From contig OZ024740.1 in the NCBI GenBank assembly GCA_964016885.1, forward strand, positions 432,636,001 through 432,700,000: a stretch of DNA of 64,000 nt, read 5' to 3'. The stretch is from Eledone cirrhosa. Its lineage: Eukaryota. Shown here in pieces: positions 53,101 through 64,000 of this stretch. The position numbers and the translations under genes were made by a program. Position 1 is the stretch's first letter; each line of letters begins with the position of its first letter. The notes beneath the pieces were generated by a model. The model did not search any database and was not told the DNA's origin. It saw only the letters and a program-made list of their open reading frames with translations.

Positions 53101-56100
53101 AGGTACTCAGCACACACTGTAAAGTGGTCATGTAGGTGTCACAACAAAAATTACCCAGCACACACGGTAAAGTGGTCATGCAGGTGTCACAACAAAAGGT
53201 ACCCAGTCCACACTGTAAAGTGGTCATGTAGGTGTCACAACAAAAAGTACCAAGTACACACTGTAAAGTGGTCATGTAGGTATCACAACAAACACCACCC
53301 AGTCAACACTGTAAAGTGGTCAGCTAGGAATCACAACAAAAAGTCCCCAGCACACACGGTGAAGTGGTCATGTAGGTGTCACAACAAACAACACCCAGTA
53401 CACACTGTAAAGTGGTTATGTAGGTGTCACAACAAACAATACCCAGAACACACTGTAAAGTGGACATGCAGGAATCACAACAAAAAATAGCCAGCACACA
53501 CTGTAAAGTGTTCATGTAGGAGTCACAACAAACAACACCCAGTACACACTGTAAAGTGGTCAAGTAGGTGTCACAACAAAAGGTACGCAGTACACACTGT
53601 AAAGTGGTCATGTAGGTGTCACAACAAAAAGTACCCAGTCCACACTGTAGAGTGGTCATCTAGGGGTCACAACAAAAGGTACTCAGCACACACTGTAAAG
53701 TGGTCATGTAGGTGTCACAACAAAAGGAACCCAGCACACACTGTAAAGTGGTTATGTAGATGTCACAACAAAAGGTACCCAGTACACACTGTAAAGTGGT
53801 CAAGTAGGTGTCACAACAAAAACACCCAGTTCACACTGTAAAGTGGTCATGTGGGTGTCACAACAAACAACACCCAGTACACACTGTAAAGTGGTCAGGT
53901 AGGTGTCACAACAAAGGTACCCAGCACACACTGTAAAGTGGTCATGTAGGTGTCAAAACAAAAAGTACCCAGCACAGACTGTCAAGTGGTCATGTAGGTG
54001 TCACAACAAAAAGTACCCAGTGCACTCTGTAAATTGGTCATGTAGGTGTCACAACAAAAGGTACCCAGCACACACTGTAAAGTGGTTATGTAGATGTCAC
54101 AAAAAAAGGTACCCAGTACACACTGTAAAGTGGTCATGTAGGTGTCACAACAAAAGCACCCAGTACACACTGTAAAGTGGTCATGTAGGTGTCACAACAA
54201 ACAACACCCAGTACACACTGTAAAGTGGTCAGGTAGGTGTCACAACAAAAGGTACCCAGCACACACTGTAAAGTGGTCATGTAGGTGTCACAACAAAAAG
54301 TACCCAGCACACACGGTAAAGTGGTCATGTAGGTGTCACAACAAAAAGTACCCAGTACACACGGTAAAGTGGTCATGTAGGTGTCACAACAAAAAGTACC
54401 CAGCACACACTGTAAAGTGGTCATGAAGGTGTCACAACAAACAATACCAAGAACACACTGTAAAGTGGTCATACAGGTGTCACAACAAAAAATACCCAGC
54501 ACACACTGTAAAGTGTTCATGTAGGAGTCACAACAAACAACACCCAGTACACACTGTAAAGTGGTCAAGTAGGTGTCACAACAAAAGGTACGCAGTACAC
54601 ATTGTAAAGTGGTCATGTAGGTGTCACAACAAAAAGTACTCAGCACACTGTAAATTGGTCATGTAGGTGTCACAACAAAAAGTACCCAGCACACACGGTA
54701 AAGTGGTCATGTAGGTCTCACAACAAAAGGTTCCCAGTACACGTTGTAAAGTGGTCATGTAGGTGTCACAACAAAAAGTACTCAGCACACTGTAAAGTGG
54801 TCATGTAGGTGTCACAACAGAAAATACCAAGTCCACACTGTAGAGTGATCATGTAGGGGTCACAACAAAAGGTATTCAGCACACACTGTAAAGTGGTCAT
54901 GTAGGTGTCACAACAAAAGGTACCCAGCACACACTGTAAAGTGGTCATGTAGGTGTCAAAACAAAAAGTACCCAGCACACACTGTAAAGTGGTCATGTAG
55001 GTGTCACAACAAAAAGTACCCAGTGCACTCTGTAAATTGGTCATGTAGGTGTCACAACAAAAGGTACTCAGTACACACTGTAAAGTGGTCATGTAGGTGT
55101 CACAACAAACAACATCCAGTCCACACAGTAAAGTGGTAATGTAGGTGTCACACAAAAGGTACCCAGTCCACACTGTAGAGTGGTCATGTATGGGTCACAA
55201 CAAACAACACCCAGTACACACTGTAAAGTGGTCATGTAGGTGTCACAACAAAAGGTACCCAGCACACACTGTAAAGTGGTCATGTAGGTGTCACAACAAA
55301 AAGTACCCAGCACACACGGTAAAGTGGTCATGTAGGTCTCACAACAAAAGGTACCCAGTACACACTGTAATGTGGTCATGTAGGTGTCACAACAAAAAGT
55401 ACCCAGCACACACTGTAAAGTGGTCATGTAGGTGTCACAACAAACACCACCCAGTCAACACCGTAAAGTGGTCAGCTAGGAATCACAACAAAAGGTCCCC
55501 AGCACACACGGTGAAGTGGTCATGTAGGTGTCACAACAAACAACACCCAGTACACACTGTAAAGTGGTCATGTAGGTGTCACAACAAAAGGAACCCAGCA
55601 CACACTGTAAAGTGGTTATGTAGATGTCACAACAAAAGGTACCCAGTACACACTGTAAAGTGGTCAAGTAGGTGTCACAACAAAAACACCCAGTTCACAC
55701 TGTAAAGTGGTCATGTGGGTGTCACAACAAACAACACCCAGTACACACTGTAAAGTGGTCAGGTAGGTGTCACAACAAAGGTACCCAGCACACACTGTAA
55801 AGTGGTCATGTAGGTGTCAAAACAAAAAGTACCCAGCACAGACTGTCAAGTGGTCATGTAGGTGTCACAACAAAAAGTACCCAGTGCACTCTGTAAATTG
55901 GTCATGTAGGTGTCACAACAAAAGGTACCCAGCACACACTGTAAAGTGGTTATGTAGATGTCACAAAAAAAGGTACCCAGTACACACTGTAAAGTGGTCA
56001 TGTAGGTGTCACAACAAAAGCACCCAGTACACACTGTAAAGTGGTCATGTAGGTGTCACAACAAACAACACCCAGTACACACTGTAAAGTGGTCAGGTAG

Positions 56101-59100
56101 GTGTCACAACAAAAGGTACCCAGCACACACTGTAAAGTGGTCATGTAGGTGTCACAACAAAAAGTACCCAGCACACACGGTAAAGTGGTCATGTAGGTGT
56201 CACAACAAAAAGTACCCAGTACACACGGTAAAGTGGTCATGTAGGTGTCACAACAAAAAGTACCCAGCACACACTGTAAAGTGGTCATGAAGGTGTCACA
56301 ACAAACAATACCAAGAACACACTGTAAAGTGGTCATACAGGTGTCACAACAAAAAATACCCAGCACACACTGTAAAGTGTTCATGTAGGAGTCACAACAA
56401 ACAACACCCAGTACACACTGTAAAGTGGTCAAGTAGGTGTCACAACAAAAGGTACGCAGTACACATTGTAAAGTGGTCATGTAGGTGTCACAACAAAAAG
56501 TACTCAGCACACTGTAAATTGGTCATGTAGGTGTCACAACAAAAAGTACCCAGCACACACGGTAAAGTGGTCATGTAGGTCTCACAACAAAAGGTTCCCA
56601 GTACACGTTGTAAAGTGGTCATGTAGGTGTCACAACAAAAAGTACTCAGCACACTGTAAAGTGGTCATGTAGGTGTCACAACAGAAAATACCAAGTCCAC
56701 ACTGTAGAGTGATCATGTAGGGGTCACAACAAAAGGTATTCAGCACACACTGTAAAGTGGTCATGTAGGTGTCACAACAAAAGGTACCCAGCACACACTG
56801 TAAAGTGGTCATGTAGGTGTCAAAACAAAAAGTACCCAGCACACACTGTAAAGTGGTCATGTAGGTGTCACAACAAAAAGTACCCAGTGCACTCTGTAAA
56901 TTGGTCATGTAGGTGTCACAACAAAAGGTACTCAGTACACACTGTAAAGTGGTCATGTAGGTGTCACAACAAACAACATCCAGTCCACACAGTAAAGTGG
57001 TAATGTAGGTGTCACACAAAAGGTACCCAGTCCACACTGTAGAGTGGTCATGTATGGGTCACAACAAACAACACCCAGTACACACTGTAAAGTGGTCATG
57101 TAGGTGTCACAACAAAAGGTACCCAGCACACACTGTAAAGTGGTCATGTAGGTGTCACAACAAAAAGTACCCAGCACACACGGTAAAGTGGTCATGTAGG
57201 TCTCACAACAAAAGGTACCCAGTACACACTGTAATGTGGTCATGTAGGTGTCACAACAAAAAGTACCCAGCACACACTGTAAAGTGGTCATGTAGGTGTC
57301 ACAACAAACACCACCCAGTCAACACCGTAAAGTGGTCAGCTAGGAATCACAACAAAAGGTCCCCAGCACACACGGTGAAGTGGTCATGTAGGTGTCACAA
57401 CAAACAACACCCAGTACACACTGTAAAGTGGTCATGTAGGTGTCACAACAAACAATACCCAGAACACACTGTAAAGTGGTCATGCAGGTGTCACAACAAA
57501 AAATACCCAGCACACACTATAAAGTGGTCAAGTAGGTGTCACAACAAAAGGTACGCAGTACACACTGTAAAGTGGTCATGTAGGTGTCACACAAAAGGTA
57601 CCCAGCCCACACTGTAAAGTGGTCATGTAGGTGTCACAACAAAGGGTACCCAGTACACACTGTAAAGTGGTCATGTAGGTGTCACAACAAAAAGTACTCA
57701 GCACACTGAAAAGTGGTCATGTAGGTGTCACAACAAAAAATACCAAGTCCACACTGCAGAGTGGTCATGTAGGGGTCACAAGAAAAGGTATTCAGCCCAC
57801 ACTGTAAAGTGGTCATGTAGGTGTCACAACAAAAGGTACCCAGCACACACTGTAAAGTGGTCATGTAGGTGTCAAAACAAAAAGTACCCAGCACACACTG
57901 TAAAGTGGTCATGTAGGTGTCACAACAAAAAGTAACCAGTGCACTCTGTAAATTGGTCATGTAGGTGTCACAACAAAAGGTACCCATCACACACTGTAAA
58001 GTGGTTATGTACATGTCACAACAAAAGCACCCAGTACACACTGTAAAGTGGTCATGTAGGTGTCACAACAAAAAATACCCAGTCCACACTGTAGAGTGGT
58101 CATGTAGGGGTCACAACAAAAGGTACTCAGTACACACTGTAAAGTGGTCATGTAGGTGTCACAACAAAAGCACCAAGTACACACTGTAAAGTGGTCATGT
58201 AGGTGTCACAACAAACAACACACAGTACACACTGTAAAGTGGTCATGTAGGTGTCACAACAAAAGCACCAAGTACACACTGTAAAGTGGTCATGTAGGTG
58301 TCACAACAAACAACACACAGTACACACTGTAAAGTGGTCATGTAGGTGTCACAACAAAAGGTACTCAGCACACACTGTAAAGTGGTCATGTAGGTGTCAC
58401 AACAAAAAGTACCCAGCACACACGGTAAAGTGGTCATGTAGGTCTCACAACAAAAGGTACCCAGTACACACTGTAAAGTGGTCATGTAGGTGTCACAACA
58501 AAAAGTACCCAGCACACACTGTAAAGTGGTCATGTAGGTGTCACAACAAACACCACCCAGTCAACACTGTAAAGTGGTCAGCTAGGAATCACAAAAAAAA
58601 GTCCCCAGCACACATGGTGAAGTGGTCATGTAGGTGTCACAACAAACAACACCCAGTACACACTGTAAAGTGGTCATGTAGGTGTCACAACAAACAATAC
58701 CCAGAACACACTGTAAAGTGGTCATGCAGGTGTCACAACAAAAAATACCCAGCACACACTGTAAAGTGTTCATGTAGGAGTCACAACGAACAACACCCAG
58801 TACACACTGTAAAGTGGTCAAGTAGGTGTCACAACAAAAGTTACGCAGTACACTGTAAAGTGGTCATGTAGGTGTCACAACAAAAAGTACCCAGTCCACA
58901 CTGTAGAGTGGTCATCTAGGGGTCACAACAAAAGGTACTCAGCACACACTGTAAAGTGGTCATGTAGGTGTCACAACAAAAGGTACCCAGCACACACTGT
59001 AAAGTGGTTATGTAGATGTCACAACAAAAGGTACCCAGTACACACTGTAAAGTGGTCATGTAGGTGTCACAACAAAAGGTACCCAGCACAATCTGTAAAG

Positions 59101-62100
59101 TGGTCATGTAGGTGTCACAACAAACACCACCGTCAACACTGTAAAGTGGTCAGCTAGGAATCACAACAAAAAGTCCCCAGCACACACGGTGAAGTGGTCA
59201 TGTAGGTGTCACAACAAACAACACCCAGTACACACTGTAAAGTGGTCAGGTAGCAATCACAACAACAAGTCCCCAGCACACACGGTGAAGTGGTCATGTA
59301 GGTGTCACAACAAAAAATACCCAGCACACACTGTAAAGTGTTCATGTAGGAGTCACAACAAACAACACCAAGTACACACTGTAAAGTGGTCATGTAGGTG
59401 TCACAACAAAAGGTACCCAGTACACACTGTAAAGTGGTCAAGTAGGTGTCACAACAAAAACACCCAGTACACATTGTAAAGTGGTCATGTGGGTGTCACA
59501 ACAAACAACACCCAGTACACACTGTAAAGTGGTCATGTAGGTGTCACAACAAAAGGTACCCAGCACACACTGTAAAGTGGTCATGTAGGTGTCACAAAAA
59601 AAGGTACCCAGTACACACTGTAAAGTGGTCATGTAGGTGTCACAACAAAAGCACCCAGTACACACTGTAAAGTGGTCATGTAGGTGTCACAACAAACAAC
59701 ACCCAGTACACACTGTAAAGTGGTCATGTAGGTGTCACAACAAAAAGTACCCAGCACACACGGTAAAGTGGTCATGTAGGTGTCACAACAAAAAGTACCC
59801 AGTACACACGGTAAAGTGGTCATGTAGGTGTCACAACAAAAAGTACCCAGCACACACTGTCAAGTGGTCATGAAGGTGTCACAACAAACAATACCAAGAA
59901 CACACTGTAAAGTGGTCATGCAGGTGTCACAACAAAAAATACCCAGCACACACTGTAAAGTGTTCATGTAGGAGTCACAACAAACAACACCCAGTACACA
60001 CTGTAAAGTGGTCAAGTAGGTGTCACAACAAAAGGTACGCAGTACACATTGTAAAGTGGTCATGTAGGTGTCACAACAAAAAGTACTCAGCACACTGTAA
60101 ATTGGTCATGTAGGTGTCACAACAAAAAGTACCCAGCACACACGGTAAAGTGGTCATGTAGGTCTCACAACAAAAGGTTCCCAGTACACGTTGTAAAGTG
60201 GTCATGTAGGTGTCACAACAAAAAGTACTCAGCACACTGTAAAGTGGTCATGTAGGTGTCACAACAGAAAATACCAAGTCCACACTGTAGAGTGATCATG
60301 TAGGGGTCACAACAAAAGGTATTCAGCACACACTGTAAAGTGGTCATGTAGGTGTCACAACAAAAGGTACCCAGCACACACTGTAAAGTGGTCATGTAGG
60401 TGTCAAAACAAAAAGTACCCAGCACACACTGTAAAGTGGTCATGTAGGTGTCACAACAAAAAGTACCCAGTGCACTCTGTAAATTGGTCATGTAGGTGTC
60501 ACAACAAAAGGTACTCAGTACACACTGTAAAGTGGTCATGTAGGTGTCACAACAAACAACATCCAGTCCACACAGTAAAGTGGTAATGTAGGTGTCACAC
60601 AAAAGGTACCCAGTCCACACTGTAGAGTGGTCATGTAGGGGTCACAACAAAAGGTACTCAGTACACACTGTAAAGTGGTCATGTAGGTGTCACAACAAAA
60701 GCACCAAGTACACACTGTAATGTGGTCATGTAGGTGTCACAACAAACAACACACAGTACACACTGTAAAGTGGTCATGTAGGTGTCACAACAAAAGGTAC
60801 CCAGCACACACTGTAAAGTGGTCATGTAGGTGTCACAACAAAAAGTACCCAGCACACACGGTAAAGTGGTCATGTAGGTCTCACAACAAAAGGTACCCAG
60901 TACACACTGTAAAGTGGTTATGTAGGTGTCACAACAAAAAGTACCCAGCACACACTGTAAAGTGGTCATGTAGGTGTCACAACAAACACCACCCAGTCAA
61001 CACTGTAAAGTGGTCAGCTAGGAATCACAACAAAAAGTACCCAGCACACACGGTAAAGTGGTCATGTAGGTGTCACAACAAAAACACCCAGTTCACACTG
61101 TAAAGTTGTCATGTGGGTGTCACAACAAACAACACCCAGTACACACTGTAAAGTGGTCAGGTAGGTGTCACAACAAAAGGTACCCAGCACACACTGTAAA
61201 GTGGTCATGTAGGTGTCACAACAAAAAGTACCCAGCACACACGGTAAAGTGGTCATGTAGGTGTCACAACAAAAAGTACCCAGTACACACGGTAAAGTGG
61301 TCATGTAGGTGTCACAACAAAAAGTACCCAGCACACACTGTAAAGTGGTCATGAAGGTGTCACAACAAACAATACCAAGAACACACTGTAAAGTGGTCAT
61401 GCAGGTGTCACAACAAAAAATACCCAGCACACACTGTAAAGTGTTCATGTAGGAGTCACAACAAACAACACCCAGTACACACTGTAAAGTGGTCAAGTAG
61501 GTGTCACAACAAAAGGTACGCAGTACACATTGTAAAGTGGTCATGTAGGTGTCACAACAAAAAGTACTCAGCACACTGTAAATTGGTCATGTAGGTGTCA
61601 CAACAAAAAGTACCCAGCACACACGGTAAAGTGGTCATGTAGGTCTCACAACAAAAGGTTCCCAGTACACGTTGTAAAGTGGTCATGTAGGTGTCACAAC
61701 AAAAAGTACTCAGCACACTGTAAAGTGGTCATGTAGGTGTCACAACAGAAAATACCAAGTCCACACTGTAGAGTGATCATGTAGGGGTCACAACAAAAGG
61801 TATTCAGCACACACTGTAAAGTGGTCATGTAGGTGTCACAACAAAAGGTACCCAGCACACACTGTAAAGTGGTCATGTAGGTGTCAAAACAAAAAGTACC
61901 CAGCACACACTGTAAAGTGGTCATGTAGGTGTCACAACAAAAAGTACCCAGTGCACTCTGTAAATTGGTCATGTAGGTGTCACAACAAAAGGTACTCAGT
62001 ACACACTGTAAAGTGGTCATGTAGGTGTCACAACAAACAACATCCAGTCCACACAGTAAAGTGGTAATGTAGGTGTCACACAAAAGGTACCCAGTCCACA

Positions 62101-64000
62101 CTGTAGAGTGGTCATGTAGGGGTCACAACAAAAGGTACTCAGTACACACTGTAAAGTGGTCATGTAGGTGTCACAACAAAAGCACCAAGTACACACTGTA
62201 ATGTGGTCATGTAGGTGTCACAACAAACAACACACAGTACACACTGTAAAGTGGTCATGTAGGTGTCACAACAAAAGGTACCCAGCACACACTGTAAAGT
62301 GGTCATGTAGGTGTCACAACAAAAAGTACCCAGCACACACGGTAAAGTGGTCATGTAGGTCTCACAACAAAAGGTACCCAGTACACACTGTAAAGTGGTT
62401 ATGTAGGTGTCACAACAAAAAGTACCCAGCACACACTGTAAAGTGGTCATGTAGGTGTCACAACAAACACCACCCAGTCAACACTGTAAAGTGGTCAGCT
62501 AGGAATCACAACAAAAAGTACCCAGCACACACGGTAAAGTGGTCATGTAGGTCTCACAACAAAAGGTACCCAGGACACACTGTAAAGTGGTCATGTAGGT
62601 GTCACAACAAAAAGTACCCAGCACACACTGTAAAGTGGTCATGTAGGTGTCACAACAAACACCACCCAGTCAACACTGTAAAGTGGTCATGTAGGTGTCA
62701 CAACAAACAACACCCAGTACACACTGTAAAGTGGTCATGTAGGTGTCACAACAAAAAGTACCCAGTGCACTCTGTAAATTGGTCATGTAGGTGTCACAAC
62801 AAAAGGTACCCATCACACACTGTAAAGTGGTTATGTAGATGTCACAACAAAAGGTACCCAGTACACACTGTAAAGTGGTCATGTAGGTGTCACAACAAAA
62901 GCACCCAGTACACACTGTAAAGTGGTCATGTAGGTGTCACAACAAAAAATACCCAGTCCACACTGTAGAGTGGTCATGTAGGGGTCACAACAAAAGGTAC
63001 TCAGTACACACTGTAAAGTGGTCATGTAGGTGTCACAACAAAAGCACCAAGTACACACTGTAAAGTGGTCATGTAGGTGTCACAACAAACAACACACAGT
63101 ACACACTGTAAAGTGGTCATGTAGGTGTCACAACAAAAGGTACCCAGCACACACTGTAAAGTGGTCATGTAGGTGTCACAACAAAAAGTACCCAGCACAC
63201 ACGGTAAAGTGCTCATGTAGGTTTCACAACAAAAGGTACCCAGTACACACTGTAAAGTGGTCATGTAGGTGTCACAAGAAAAAGTACCCAGCACACACTG
63301 TAAAGTGGTCATGTAGGTGTCACAACAAACACCACCCAGTCAACACTGTAAAGTGGTCAGCTAGGAATCACAAAAAAAAGTCCCCAGCACACATGGTGAA
63401 GTGGTCATGTAGGTGTCACAACAAACAACACCCAGTACACACTGTAAAGTGGTCATGTAGGTGTCACAACAAACAATACCCAGAACACACTGTAAAGTGG
63501 TCATGCAGGTGCCACAACAAAAAATACCCAGCACACACTGTAAAGTGTTCATGTAGGAGTCACAACGAACAACACCCAGTACACACTGTAAAGTGGTCAA
63601 GTAGGTGTCACAACAAAAGTTACGCAGTACACACTGTAAAGTGGTCATGTAGGTGTCACAACAAACAACATCCAGTCCACACTGTAAAGTGGTAATGTAG
63701 GTGTCACACAAAAGGTACCCAGTCCACACTGTAAAGTGGTCATGTAGGTGTCACAACAAAGGGTACCCAGTACACACTGTAAAGTGGTCATGTAGGTGTC
63801 AAAATAAAAAGTACTCAGAACAGTGTAAAGTGGTCATGTAGGTGTCACAACAAAAAATACCAAGTCCACACTGTAGAGTGGTCATGCAGGGGTCACAACA
63901 AAAGGTACTCAGCACACACTGTAAAGTGGTCATGTAGGTGTCACAACAAAAGGTACCCAGCACACACTGTAAAGTGGTTATGTAGATGTCACAACAAAAG
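11171..64000 (+). repeat. 48-bp satellite DNA array, about 1,100 monomers, continuing past the window end
   Basis: Consensus GTCATGTAGGTGTCACAACAAA(AGGT/AAGT/CAAC)ACCCAG(C/T)ACACACTGTAAAGTG repeated head-to-tail in one orientation, with occasional shorter monomers and no visible interruption by other sequence. Confidence 0.99.

Noticed and set aside
45601-58100. Exactly 12,000-bp duplication offset as an artificial or assembly signature
   Set aside because: The copies differ (e.g. TTCAGCACAC vs TTCAGCCCAC) and neighbouring offsets are 12,526; the round number looks coincidental.
11136-64000. Many Cys/His-rich ORFs (CHNKRYPAHTVKWSCR)n and (CDTYMTTLQCVLGTFC)n up to 701 aa, resembling zinc-finger or metal-binding proteins
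   Set aside because: A 48-bp unit is 16 codons and happens to be stop-free in one frame per strand. Frames are broken repeatedly by shorter monomers and stops, and the unit derives from a non-coding LINE 3'UTR.
11171-64000. CRISPR-like array (constant part plus variable part)
   Set aside because: Variable segments are point variants of one sequence, not unique spacers; eukaryotic context and no cas genes.

Overview
Animal genomic DNA, most likely an octopod cephalopod (inferred from the RTE-LINE family, its 3' motif and the AT-microsatellite richness; not database-checked). The window lies almost entirely in introns of a minus-strand gene resembling ENTR1/SDCCAG3, with two phase-compatible exons at 11099-10570 and 9902-9829. 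The first 9.3 kb is an (AT)n-ACACTAC compound minisatellite interrupted by a decayed Penelope-like element and four copies of two RTE-type LINE subfamilies. A mariner-derived MITE lies between the two exons. From 11171 to the window end there is a >52.8 kb array of about 1,100 48-bp satellite monomers, with kb-scale nested higher-order duplications and two variant-defined domains. Main observation: the 48-bp monomer is an amplified module of the RTE-LINE 3'UTR. The window holds three apparent stages: 2 units in the LINE tails, about 6 units in a decayed tail at 9461-9767, and about 1,100 units in the array. CpG-to-CpA changes give the direction LINE to satellite, and two small hairpins are kept in most monomer variants. 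The many Cys/His-rich ORFs in the array are by-products of the 16-codon period.
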